Part shown: positions 1-9,979 of the stretch, one piece after another
Layout: each line of letters begins with the position of its first letter
How positions within the stretch are numbered: position 1 is the first letter of the stretch
NCBI RefSeq assembly: GCF_005869855.1
Contig: NZ_SZNH01000014.1
Location: forward strand, 34,439 to 49,552
Direction: 5' to 3'
Origin: Nostoc sp. PA-18-2419
Lineage (GTDB): Bacteria > Cyanobacteriota > Cyanobacteriia > Cyanobacteriales > Nostocaceae
Length of the DNA: 15,114 nt
Position numbers and translations under genes: made by a program
The notes under the pieces: model-generated
Seen by the model: the letters and a program-made list of their open reading frames with translations, nothing else
Databases searched by the model: none
Told to the model about the DNA's origin: nothing

Positions 1-494
1 CATTATGACAATCACGTTAGGATCGCTAACATGCAGCAAGCTAGTTCACACACTATAAAAGTGGAAACCCCGATAATAGTAAACGTGAGGCGTTACCTGA
101 AAAGCTGGGAAAGCGGACACATAATACATAATACTCAGAAAACATTGTTGCCAGCAACCCTAAGTTAGAAATTGCAATCTAAATTATATAAACACTTATT
201 ACGCAATGCTCTTTTACAAAGAGCAACTGCGCTGAATGCTAATATTGAGAAAATCATCAAAAAAGCAGCAATATTTTCTGGGTAGATGCTCTAGCGACTC
301 AAAAGCACAGACAGTCCGTTTGGGGTAACTAGAGAAAGATGCAGTTGATACTAACTTTTTTACTTGCTAACTTATACAGTCAACTTAATCAAGCAGCCTA
401 TAGTTTCAGCAATACGAAAATATTGTACCACCAAACAAGCAAACTATAAAATATCTAAATTAAAAGTTGTCACTTACTAGGAGTGCATTTAGGA

Positions 495-529
495 TTAACT
501 AATTACTAACGACTAACAACTAATTATTA
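495..529. repeat. Five tandem 7-bp units (TTAACTA ATTACTA ACGACTA ACAACTA ATTATTA) ending directly at the fmt ATG
   Basis: Read directly from the sequence. The xxxACTA periodicity of 7 runs over 35 bp and ends one base before the start codon at 530. Confidence 0.6.
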
Positions 530-1534
530 ATGAAAATCGTATTTTTTGGTACTCCTGAATTTGCTGTCCCAACTTTAGAAAAGTTATTAAATGATTCAAA
601 ATTTGAGGTGTTGGCAGTTGTTACCCAACCAGATAAACGCCGGGAACGTGGAAATAAACTTACTCCTTCACCCGTAAAAGCGATCGCTACTGCTCACAAT
701 TTACCAGTATGGCAACCAGAACGGGTGAAAAAAGACACCCAAACTTTGACCAAACTCCAACAATTAGACGCAGATGTGTTTGTTGTTGTCGCCTATGGAC
801 AAATTTTATCCTCAAAAATTCTTAATCTGCCCAAGTCGGGTTGTATTAATGTGCATGGCTCGATCTTACCCAAATATCGTGGTGCAGCGCCGATTCAGTG
901 GTGTTTATATAACGGTGAAACCCAAACGGGGATCGCGACTATGTTAATGGATGTGGGGATGGATACCGGCGCAACATTGCAAATAGCCACTACACCCATT
1001 GGATTGCTGGATAATGCTCAAGATGTAGCCCAAAGATTGGCTGTAATTGGTGGAGATTTATTGGTGGAAACCTTAATGAAGTTGGAAAGTAAAGAAATTC
1101 AACCAATACCACAAGATAATTTAGAAGCGACTTATGCACCTTTGATTCAAAAACAAGATTATGGTTTGGATTGGTCAAAAAGCGCTATCCAATTACATAA
1201 TCAAATTAGAGGCTTTTACCCTAATTGTACAGCTAACTTTCGTAACAACCTGCTAAAAATCACTGCTTCTGCTCCCCTTGTTACGGTAGGCGATCGCGAT
1301 CTCCCACCACAATTACAAAAATTAATACATAAATTGCCTGATTTGTCAAACGTATCAAACAGGCCTGGAGAGGTAACGAGCATTGCCAAAGGAATTGGGG
1401 CGATTGTCCAAACTGGGGAAGGTTTGTTGCTGTTGCGAGAAGTTCAGCTAGCTGGTAAACGTCCCCAGTCCGGATGGGATTTTGTTAATGGTACGCGGTT
1501 AACTGTGGGGGAAGTATTTGGTGCGGGGAGTTGA
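530..1534 (+). CDS. fmt: Methionyl-tRNA formyltransferase
   Basis: 334-aa ORF. The N-terminus [14 protein letters not shown] and the [16 protein letters not shown] motif are Fmt hallmarks (formyltransferase N-domain). The length and C-terminal domain fit the family. Confidence 0.95.
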   Translation: MKIVFFGTPEFAVPTLEKLLNDSKFEVLAVVTQPDKRRERGNKLTPSPVKAIATAHNLPVWQPERVKKDTQTLTKLQQLDADVFVVVAYGQILSSKILNLPKSGCINVHGSILPKYRGAAPIQWCLYNGETQTGIATMLMDVGMDTGATLQIATTPIGLLDNAQDVAQRLAVIGGDLLVETLMKLESKEIQPIPQDNLEATYAPLIQKQDYGLDWSKSAIQLHNQIRGFYPNCTANFRNNLLKITASAPLVTVGDRDLPPQLQKLIHKLPDLSNVSNRPGEVTSIAKGIGAIVQTGEGLLLLREVQLAGKRPQSGWDFVNGTRLTVGEVFGAGS

Positions 1535-1551
1535 GGGGGATGATGGAGAAT

Positions 1552-1607
1552 CACTTTTAACTCCTAACTCCTCATTCCTAACTTTTAACTTATAACTTCT
1601 AACTTTT
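1552..1607. repeat. STRR-type tandem heptamers, 8 units (CACTTTT AACTCCT AACTCCT CATTCCT AACTTTT AACTTAT AACTTCT AACTTTT)
   Basis: Read directly. The tract lies between the fmt stop and the 3' end of the convergent ORF 1585..1950, and it overlaps that ORF's 3' end. Confidence 0.8.
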
Positions 1608-1950
1608 CATAAAAGCGGCAAGATTCGCAAGGACCATCTGGGTTGACTGCACAGCGAATGAGTTCTGAATGAGCGTTGTAGCAGCAGGTAGCATCACCAA
1701 TTACCCAACGTCCTTGTACTAAACTTTTCTCAGATGGTCGTTTGGCAGACTGGACGTAAATGGCAATATTATTCAAACGGTAGCGTCCTGCTTTAAGTTG
1801 GTATCGATGACGGCGTTCTAAAACAGCGTAGGTTTTACCTTGAAAATCGAGATAGTTTCCCGGTTGGGGTGTCCAATCAAGTTGCACTCTACCGAGGGAC
1901 TCACGTGGATGAGTGAGAATCACCTCGGTTTGTAAAGAGTCTGGCTCCAT
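1585..1950 (-). CDS. Small hypothetical protein with a C-terminal Cys cluster (CC-x9-C-x8-C-x2-C)
   Basis: 121-aa ORF with an ATG start and non-repetitive, protein-like composition. The cluster CCYNAHSELIRCAVNPDGPCESC suggests a Zn or Fe-S knuckle. I recognise no family with certainty. The last residues (KLEVIS) are encoded by the heptamer repeat. Confidence 0.55.
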   Translation of the reverse strand: MEPDSLQTEVILTHPRESLGRVQLDWTPQPGNYLDFQGKTYAVLERRHRYQLKAGRYRLNNIAIYVQSAKRPSEKSLVQGRWVIGDATCCYNAHSELIRCAVNPDGPCESCRFYEKLEVIS

Positions 1951-2050
1951 AAGCTTATGTGATTTGATTTACATTATAAGGATGTTATCGCAATAACTTT
2001 CTTTAGCTTACCGAATTTAGATTACAATTAATAATTCACTATGATTTGCC

Positions 2051-2077
2051 AAAATTAGAAATGCACAGCTAGTGCAT
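2051..2077 (-). terminator. Possible intrinsic terminator of the oxidoreductase gene
   Basis: On the minus strand, the hairpin ATGCAC-tagct-GTGCAT (2061..2077) begins 10 nt after the stop codon. It is followed by a T-rich stretch TTCTAATTTT. The stem is only 6 bp. Confidence 0.35.
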
Positions 2078-2086
2078 CCCTACAGA

Positions 2087-3598
2087 TTACGGCAACCAAA
2101 ATTCAGGCAGGATAGATTTACCGAAGTCACGCAGAGTTTGGTTGAGCGATCGCGCCACTTTTATATGCGCTTCATCCTCTTCTACAGGTAAAATCTCAGA
2201 TGGTTGACCTTCTTTTAAATAAGACACCACCAAATTCGCCGCCTCTAAGCCAGTAACATAAGCCTTTTCTTGAGACCAGGAACCATGACGGTTCACAATC
2301 CAATCTCCACTCATAAACACATTCTCAAAACTTGTCTTAGCGGGTAACATATAACGATAGCTACCAGGTGCAAAGTGAGTCACCGCGTGAGGTAGCCGAA
2401 TTACACTGCTATCAATAATCTTTGCCTCCCGAAACGTTGGTACACAAGTTGCTAAATAACGCTGAACTATTGGTAAAATCTCCTCATCACTTAAGTTAAC
2501 AAACTGATTTGCGTGATAAAAATCAGCTTCAACCACTGTTCCTGGCTCGTAGCGATATTCATCATGTAGAGCATTCAAATCAAAAAATGTCCAACCGGTA
2601 GTTGCGTCGAATCCAAAGCAGGCATTAGAAGGACGAGGAATATTAACTTTGCGATCGAACCATAAGCGAGTTGCTAAAACATCAATTGCTCCTAAATTGC
2701 TCAAATTCCGGAATTCTTCACAACTTTGCAAACTCGGACTAGTTGAAACAATTTTCTTCATACCTGTGATGCCTACAGCAAAAATCACGGCATCGGCATC
2801 AAAAACTTCATCACCGCAAACCACACTCTTGACTCGATAATTACTATCAACAACTAAGTCGGTTACCCGCCGCTTGGGTAATACTCGCGCCCCAGCTTTT
2901 TCAATACGTTCCACCCAAGGACGAAATATTTTTTCTCCCACAGTTCCCCGACACCAAACCACATCAAAATCTGATTGATGAGCCAAAATAAAAAAGTAAA
3001 GCATCCCTAAAGTTGCTGCGGCTGAACATTGTTCGCCTGGGGCAAATAAGCCCACTAATAACATTGGTTCAAAAGCTTCGCGGTAAAGTCGTGCAGAAAC
3101 ATTAAAATTTTTAAACAATTCACGGGCAGTGACAAAATCATAGCGCCGCCAAGCTGCATCAGAATTATCAAAATCAATAACAGAATAAAGTAAAGGTAGG
3201 GCGCTCAGACGGTCAATTAGTGGCAATCGTTTAAACTGAGTATAGAGAAAAGTTCCCAAAGGAGTAGGGAGTCTTGGTAAGTCTTGAAAAATTGGTGATT
3301 CAACTTCTAAACCCGCAGGCGAATATTGGGAAGAACGAGTCCAACTAGTAAAAGGACTAATTTCTAATTCATTGATCAGAGAAAAAATATTTCTATAAGG
3401 ATACCAGAAGCCATGAATGCCAGCTTCTTGTGATTTTCCGGTTGTTGTTTGCCAACCTGCCACCAGTCCACCAGGATAAGAACCTGCCTCTAAAAGTGTT
3501 ACATCATAGCCTTGTTTTGCCAAATGGTAGGTTGCTCCCAAACCTGCCCAACCTGCACCTACGACCACCACCCGTTTTTGTTGTGACCCTTTTACCAT
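2087..3598 (-). CDS. FAD-dependent oxidoreductase, amine-oxidase / phytoene-desaturase-like family
   Basis: 503-aa ORF. The N-terminal dinucleotide-binding fold is VVVVGAGWAGLGATYHLAKQGYDVTLLEAGSYPGG. The segment GIHGFWYPYRN resembles the PDS/ZDS GLHIFFGAYPN segment. The substrate is not inferable. Confidence 0.85.
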   Translation of the reverse strand: MVKGSQQKRVVVVGAGWAGLGATYHLAKQGYDVTLLEAGSYPGGLVAGWQTTTGKSQEAGIHGFWYPYRNIFSLINELEISPFTSWTRSSQYSPAGLEVESPIFQDLPRLPTPLGTFLYTQFKRLPLIDRLSALPLLYSVIDFDNSDAAWRRYDFVTARELFKNFNVSARLYREAFEPMLLVGLFAPGEQCSAAATLGMLYFFILAHQSDFDVVWCRGTVGEKIFRPWVERIEKAGARVLPKRRVTDLVVDSNYRVKSVVCGDEVFDADAVIFAVGITGMKKIVSTSPSLQSCEEFRNLSNLGAIDVLATRLWFDRKVNIPRPSNACFGFDATTGWTFFDLNALHDEYRYEPGTVVEADFYHANQFVNLSDEEILPIVQRYLATCVPTFREAKIIDSSVIRLPHAVTHFAPGSYRYMLPAKTSFENVFMSGDWIVNRHGSWSQEKAYVTGLEAANLVVSYLKEGQPSEILPVEEDEAHIKVARSLNQTLRDFGKSILPEFWLP

Positions 3599-3659
3599 CT
3601 TAGCCTCCGATTCTTCCAGTCCAACAACTAATGTATAGCGTAGATTCTCGGTAGGAATA

Positions 3660-3687
3660 CAGAATCTAGAATCTAAAATCTAAAATT
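3660..3687. repeat. Four tandem heptamers (CAGAATC TAGAATC TAAAATC TAAAATT)
   Basis: Read directly. Located in the divergent intergenic region between the oxidoreductase and the methyltransferase. Confidence 0.6.
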
Positions 3688-3784
3688 TTATTAGAGGAAG
3701 TGGTTGAATACAATTCCTTGCGGTTAATGCTGGCTTAAGAGTATAACAGAAGACAGATTTAGTTATTTATGAGGAATAATCCTA

Positions 3785-4687
3785 ATGACTCAATTAGCAA
3801 ATGTAAAATTCAGCTTGGATGACTATGAATTACGAGATGGTATTTATTTTCCTAGTGACTACAAACAGTTGAACAGTACTCAACACAAAAAAACCTGGGA
3901 TAAAATTGGTAAAACATACTATGGCTCCCAGAAAATAGAAAAAGTTGCTGATAAATCGCCCATTAAACAAGATTACACTCTGCTAACTGGTACACCTGGA
4001 GGTACTTGGAATAAATTTCCGTTGAACAAATCTGTGGATTCTATTCTGGAGATTGGTTGTGGTTATGGTCGCGCACCTTTGCATCTCTCTAAAGCCAAGA
4101 ATTTAAAATGTGAAAAATATTATGGCATTGATATTTCTGAACCTTTGTTGCGGCGGTTAATCAAGGTTAAACAAGAATATGATTTTTTTCCAGAAGCTGA
4201 GTTTAACTTGATTTGTAATTCTGCTGAAATATTACCTTTAGCAGATAATTCTATAGATTTGGTAATTTCTAATTGTGTTTTTATGCATATACCAGATGCA
4301 CAATTAAGAAACTTATTAGCTGAGATATCTCGCCTACTCAAACCTGGTGGAATTTTTGTTTTTAATCATTCATTTCATAACAAGTCTTGTCCTTCTCATA
4401 TTATCCATAATTTTGTGAGAAAGTTGAACCCCTTTGTGAGAAATCCAGTTTATTTGAAACAATATTCATCTGCTGAAATAGAAGAAATGTTAGCAACTGC
4501 TGGAATGAAAACAAAATGTCCAGAGTATATTGTAGAACCAACAGCAGAATATGCAATTTTACCGGAAACTATTAAAGGAATTCCGGTACCGTTTGCTAAA
4601 GCCATTAATAAAAGTCTCAACCCGTCAGGTAGTTTAAAAGAAACTTTGGCTTATGGTTTTAGCGCTTACAGCACTCAATTGGATTAA
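3785..4687 (+). CDS. Class I SAM-dependent methyltransferase with an ~85-aa N-terminal extension of unknown function
   Basis: 300-aa ORF. Motif I is ILEIGCGYGR, post-I is YYGIDIS, and the downstream motif is LKPGGIFVF. The gene is Lys/Asn-rich and visibly AT-rich. Confidence 0.85.
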   Translation: MTQLANVKFSLDDYELRDGIYFPSDYKQLNSTQHKKTWDKIGKTYYGSQKIEKVADKSPIKQDYTLLTGTPGGTWNKFPLNKSVDSILEIGCGYGRAPLHLSKAKNLKCEKYYGIDISEPLLRRLIKVKQEYDFFPEAEFNLICNSAEILPLADNSIDLVISNCVFMHIPDAQLRNLLAEISRLLKPGGIFVFNHSFHNKSCPSHIIHNFVRKLNPFVRNPVYLKQYSSAEIEEMLATAGMKTKCPEYIVEPTAEYAILPETIKGIPVPFAKAINKSLNPSGSLKETLAYGFSAYSTQLD

Positions 4688-4731
4688 TTTAGAAACTATT
4701 AGGTTAGGTAAAAGTTTGTAGTTAGTGACTA

Positions 4732-4763
4732 GATCCTCGACTTATTATCAAAAGTCGGGGATC
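4732..4763 (+). terminator. Strong stem-loop downstream of the methyltransferase gene, a possible terminator
   Basis: GATCCTCGACTT (4732..4743) pairs with AAGTCGGGGATC (4752..4763). This gives a 12-bp stem with one G-U and an 8-nt loop, followed by AAACTTTTGA. The U-tract is not contiguous with the stem. Confidence 0.3.
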
Positions 4764-4788
4764 AAACTTTTGATGAATGATTTAGGAC

Positions 4789-4835
4789 TGCGATCGCTAG
4801 CTTGCAAAGTTTTCCTCGAAGTGCGATCGCTAGCT
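4789..4835. repeat. Two copies of the 14-bp direct repeat TGCGATCGCTAGCT, each containing HIP1
   Basis: The copies lie at 4789..4802 and 4822..4835, read directly, in non-coding spacer. Confidence 0.6.
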
Positions 4836-4925
4836 CTGCGACAATCTCAACACTCAAAAATAGTTGCTGCAAAGTATGAATTTGGTATGGGGCTAAGCCT
4901 TTGCCGTAAGCTTCGCCCCACCGAT

Positions 4926-5525
4926 TTACAACGTCGCCACAAGTTCCTTTAAGCGATGGCCTCCATCCCGGAAGACTGGCCAACCATCCCCCACTAACAC
5001 TGCTTCTACCTGAGCCAGTTTAGCCAACCTCTGCACAGAAGCAACAGCCTGCTCTCGATTCAGCAGCTTGTCATCGGGTAAAATTGTCAAACTGCCTGCT
5101 TTGCGTGCCCGTACTAAATCTCCTGTAATTAAAGTCGTTTCCTCCAGTAGTAGAGCCAGTTCACCGGGGGTTTTAGAACCTTGGAGTTCAATCACCTTTA
5201 GTCCAGGTACAAATTCTTCACCATCAGACAGCCAGCGATCGCAATGTATGGGAAAACTATCTTTTTCCGCTACAGGACCAGCTATCTTAGCATAAGTTTG
5301 ATCGGCAATTTCTTTACTTGCCCTGATATGTTCAGAATTCGTCAACACTATCCAAACCACACCACCGAGGGATTGCAGATGATTCCAATCATGGTTTGAT
5401 AGGGCTACTGGGTCAATCAAGATGTTGCCATCTGGGCGAATCCAGGCAATCCCATTGAAATCAATATTTCTTGCCGGATTGAAATTAGACCAGCTATAGA
5501 GATCGGGACGGTGCAATGATTTCAT
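4926..5525 (-). CDS. MBL-fold (metallo-beta-lactamase-like) protein with a degenerate metal motif
   Basis: 199-aa ORF. The pattern GNILIDPV...LGGVVWIVLTNSEHIRAS matches beta-lactamase-fold strand/loop spacing. TNSEH sits where HxHxDH is expected. Confidence 0.6.
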   Translation of the reverse strand: MKSLHRPDLYSWSNFNPARNIDFNGIAWIRPDGNILIDPVALSNHDWNHLQSLGGVVWIVLTNSEHIRASKEIADQTYAKIAGPVAEKDSFPIHCDRWLSDGEEFVPGLKVIELQGSKTPGELALLLEETTLITGDLVRARKAGSLTILPDDKLLNREQAVASVQRLAKLAQVEAVLVGDGWPVFRDGGHRLKELVATL

Positions 5526-5600
5526 GATGATTCTGGATTAGTACCTTCAATAATTGACTATTAATCTCAATAATTCAGTATATAGATAATGAGGTGACTG

Positions 5601-5642
5601 GAGATTAGTTATTGGTCATTAGTCATTAGTCATTAGTCATTG
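5601..5642. repeat. STRR-type tandem heptamers, 6 units (GAGATTA GTTATTG GTCATTA x3 GTCATTG)
   Basis: Read directly. In another register the unit reads TTAGTCA, one mismatch from the classical STRR heptamer TTGGTCA of heterocystous cyanobacteria. Confidence 0.85.
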
Positions 5643-5853
5643 GGAGTGTCCAATGCCCAGGCGCAGAGTTAGGAGTTAAGAGTTTGGAATTCTCCCCTGT
5701 GCCCCTCTGCTCCGTATCTCCCCATCCTTCCCCTCTGAATCTGAAATTTGAGTATACTACGATAAATCTATCGATATTATGTATTTATTCGGGTTTAAAG
5801 AAATTCCCGCATAACCGCAATGGAGATCGACAAAGGTCTGGGGGTAAATTCAG

Positions 5854-7038
5854 ATGCAACGCCAAAAAATATCAGCCAAGGCAAACCAGTTTACAGAGTC
5901 GGTGATTCGAGAAATGACAAGGGTGGCACTGCAACATAGTGCAGTGAATTTAGCCCAAGGATTCCCTGATTTTCCTTGTCCTCAGGAGTTAAAACAGGCA
6001 GCCTACGAAGCAATAAAAGCAGATATTAACCAATATGCTATCACTTGGGGCGATCGCCCATTTCGGGAAGCGATCGCTAACAAAGTCCAGTGGTATCTCG
6101 GCTTAGACATCAATCCCGAAACCCAAATTACTGTCACATGCGGTTCTACAGAAGCGATGGCAGCAGTGATGTTAGCCACAGTCGATCCTGGAGATGAAGT
6201 AATTGTATTTGAGCCGTATTACGAAAACTACGGCCCCGATGCAATTTTAGCGGGTGCCACACCCCGCTATGTGACATTACATCCTCCCCAGTGGACATTT
6301 GATGAAACACAGTTGCGTCAAGCTTTCAACGCTAATACCAAAGCTATTATTATTAACACACCCCACAATCCCACCGGTAAAGTCTTCACCCGTGAAGAAC
6401 TCATCCTAATTGCTGAACTTTGTCAAAAGTGGGATGTACTAGCCTTCACTGACGAAATCTACGAACACATTCTTTATGATGGCACTCAACATATCGCTTT
6501 AGCGACCCTTCCGGGAATGGAAGAACGCACAGTTACCATTAACGGTCTATCCAAAACTTACAGCGTTACTGGATGGCGAGTCGGCTATATTTTGGCAAAT
6601 CCTACATTGACGGCAGCCATTCGCAAAGTCCATGATTTCTTAACAGTAGGTGCCCCCGCACCATTGCAACGAGCTGGAGTTGTCGCCATGCAACTACCCC
6701 CATCTTATTATCAAGAATTAGCCAAACTTTATCAGCAGAAGCGAGACAATATTTTACAGATTCTAGATCGAGTTGGTATTCCCTACTTCCTTCCCAAAGG
6801 AGCCTATTATATTCTTGCAGATATTTCTCAATTTGGCTATCAAACCGATGTAGAATTCACTTACCACTTAATTAAAAATATTGGTGTTGCTGTAGTTCCT
6901 GGTTCCAGCTTTTTCAGCCAACCACAAAAAGGACATTCATTAATTAGATTCTGCTTCAGTAAAAGACCTGAGACATTGCAAATAGCAAGTGACAGATTAC
7001 TAAAATTACAAGCCACTCTACAATTAAAGCAACTATAG
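5854..7038 (+). CDS. PLP-dependent class I aminotransferase, YbdL / kynurenine-glutamine transaminase (KAT, cysteine-conjugate beta-lyase) type
   Basis: 394-aa ORF. NLAQGFPDF near the N-terminus is typical of the YbdL/KAT subgroup. The PLP-lysine motif is NGLSKTYSVTGWRVGY. Confidence 0.88.
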   Translation: MQRQKISAKANQFTESVIREMTRVALQHSAVNLAQGFPDFPCPQELKQAAYEAIKADINQYAITWGDRPFREAIANKVQWYLGLDINPETQITVTCGSTEAMAAVMLATVDPGDEVIVFEPYYENYGPDAILAGATPRYVTLHPPQWTFDETQLRQAFNANTKAIIINTPHNPTGKVFTREELILIAELCQKWDVLAFTDEIYEHILYDGTQHIALATLPGMEERTVTINGLSKTYSVTGWRVGYILANPTLTAAIRKVHDFLTVGAPAPLQRAGVVAMQLPPSYYQELAKLYQQKRDNILQILDRVGIPYFLPKGAYYILADISQFGYQTDVEFTYHLIKNIGVAVVPGSSFFSQPQKGHSLIRFCFSKRPETLQIASDRLLKLQATLQLKQL

Positions 7039-7169
7039 CAATACTATTTGAGTTGTCAAGAATTACTTTTTTAAACAACTGCGTTCAGCAAAGCTGTTGC
7101 CGTAGGCTAGGGTACAAAATACGCAAAGGTAAGAAATAAACAATTTTAAAAATTATCTAGAGTTGCTAT

Positions 7170-8534
7170 ATGACTAATTACGACAATATTTTAGAAGCAA
7201 TCGGTAGAACTCCATTAGTCAGACTTAATAAAATTGCTGAAGATATTCACTCAACGATTTACGTCAAAGTAGAATATCTCAATCCTGGTGGCAGTACCAA
7301 AGATAGAATTGCCCTGACTATGATTGAAGCCGCAGAAAAAACAGGTCAACTCCAACCAGGCGGCACTATTATTGAAGCTACCGCAGGCAATACTGGTGTA
7401 GGACTAGCATTAATTGCAGCAGTAAAAAAATATCGCTGCATATTCGTCATGCCTGATAAAATGAGCCAGGATAAAATTAATTTACTCAAAGCTTATGGTG
7501 CAGAAGTAGTTGTTACTCCCACATCTGTACCGCCTGACTCACCAGAAAGTTATAACGGTGTAGCAGAAAGACTTGCTAAAGAAATACCCAAAGCTTACAG
7601 ACCAAATCAATTTGAAAACCCGAATAATCCTTTAGCACATTACCTGACTACAGGCCCAGAAATTTGGTCAGATAGTCATGGTAAAGTAGATGTATTTGTT
7701 GCTGGTATGGGCACGGGCGGTACAATTTCCGGAGTTGCCAAATATCTGAAAGAGCGAAATCAAAATATAGTAATTGTTGGTGCAGATCCCGAAGGTTCAA
7801 TTCTTTCGGGTGACACACCTAAATCTTATAAAGTTGAAGGAATTGGGGAAGACTTTATTCCTAAAACTTTTAATCGCCAATTAGTGGATGAAATGGTTCG
7901 AGTTAGCGATAAAGAATCATTTAATATGGCTCGTCGTTTAGCAAGAGAAGAAGGTTTATTGGTAGGAGGTTCATGTGGTACAGCAGTAGCCGCAGCCTTG
8001 AAGTATGCAGCTAGATTAACAGATCCAAAGTATATTGTAGTTTTATTACCAGATACGGGAAGAAATTACATTAATAAAATTTACTCCGATGCCTGGATGC
8101 AGGAAAATGGTTTTTGGGAAGGTACAACAGTCAGAAGCACGAAAATTGGAGAAATTCTGGCTCAAAAAATAGATTTTCCTTCGTTAGTTGCTGTTAGTCC
8201 CCGTGATACCTTGAGTAAAGCCACAAATTACCTGCAAAAGTTAAATATCTCCCAGTTACCAGTGATTGATAACAATCATGTAGTAGGAAGTGTCAACGAA
8301 GCCTCTTTAATGAAATTCCTTCATGATGGAATTAACTTTTCTAACCAAGAAGTTTCGGCAGTTATGGGTAAACCATTGCCAATTCTCGATGAAGACGTGG
8401 ATATTTCCGAAGCTTATCGACTGCTGTTATCAGGAACTACAGGAATTATTATTAAGCGATGTGATGTTCCGGTTGGATTAATTACCAGAGCCGATTTAAT
8501 TAGATATTGGATTAGTCAAACCCAGGAATCATAA
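7170..8534 (+). CDS. cbs: Cystathionine beta-synthase (CysK-fold PLP domain plus C-terminal CBS-pair/Bateman module)
   Basis: 454-aa ORF. The PLP lysine lies in GGSTKDR, and the phosphate loop is AGMGTGGTISG. Two CBS motifs occupy roughly the last 130 aa (…ISQLPVIDNNHVVGSV… and …GIIIKRCDVPVGLITRADL…). An O-acetylserine-dependent variant or a CysK-like activity cannot be excluded from sequence. Confidence 0.88.
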   Translation: MTNYDNILEAIGRTPLVRLNKIAEDIHSTIYVKVEYLNPGGSTKDRIALTMIEAAEKTGQLQPGGTIIEATAGNTGVGLALIAAVKKYRCIFVMPDKMSQDKINLLKAYGAEVVVTPTSVPPDSPESYNGVAERLAKEIPKAYRPNQFENPNNPLAHYLTTGPEIWSDSHGKVDVFVAGMGTGGTISGVAKYLKERNQNIVIVGADPEGSILSGDTPKSYKVEGIGEDFIPKTFNRQLVDEMVRVSDKESFNMARRLAREEGLLVGGSCGTAVAAALKYAARLTDPKYIVVLLPDTGRNYINKIYSDAWMQENGFWEGTTVRSTKIGEILAQKIDFPSLVAVSPRDTLSKATNYLQKLNISQLPVIDNNHVVGSVNEASLMKFLHDGINFSNQEVSAVMGKPLPILDEDVDISEAYRLLLSGTTGIIIKRCDVPVGLITRADLIRYWISQTQES

Positions 8535-8656
8535 ATTATCAGTTGTAATCTGGAATTTACTAAAGACAATTGGATGTAATTTCCGGCTACCTCCTAATTC
8601 TTTTGGATTAAATATATATATTTCGTGAAACATTAAATTGAACCAGTCATAGATAA

Positions 8657-9835
<1,179 letters not shown>

Positions 9836-9979
9836 AAAATAGCGACTTTAATTCAATCCTCCACCATACCACAAAACTTTTTTGCAAGAGGTCTATTGAT
9901 TCACCAATTGTGAATTGCCAAAGATGCCTTCTTCAAATAATCAGTTCAGACAAACTTTGCAATCCGCACAATACATCAA

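Noticed and set aside
31-168. A 45-aa ORF (MQQASSHTIKVETP...) in the fmt upstream spacer.
   Set aside because: It has no ribosome-binding site and no recognisable motif. Its length is what chance would produce in this composition.
391-398. An AAGCAGCC string resembling part of the conserved SRP (4.5S) RNA domain IV motif.
   Set aside because: The flanking GGAA and the complementary helix-forming segments are absent. The context is AT-rich and unstructured.
990-1178. Short antisense or alternative-frame ORFs inside well-supported genes (990..1178, 2649..2840, 4120..4341, 5068..5295, 9642..9887, 9832..10017, 11436..11792, 11753..11944, 12072..12332, 12665..12895, 13059..13280, 13480..13851, 13600..13788).
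   Set aside because: Each is fully or largely embedded in a longer ORF with clear family motifs. None shows motifs of its own.
4725-4983. Two mutually overlapping ~75-aa ORFs on opposite strands (4725..4952 + and 4762..4983 -).
   Set aside because: Both span HIP1-containing direct repeats and a hairpin. The minus-strand ORF overlaps the 3' end of the MBL-like gene. Neither has recognisable motifs or start signals.
5684-5905. A 73-aa plus-strand ORF overlapping the aminotransferase start.
   Set aside because: Its product is Pro/Ser-rich and low-complexity, lying in a promoter region. It is out of frame with, and overlaps, a well-supported gene.
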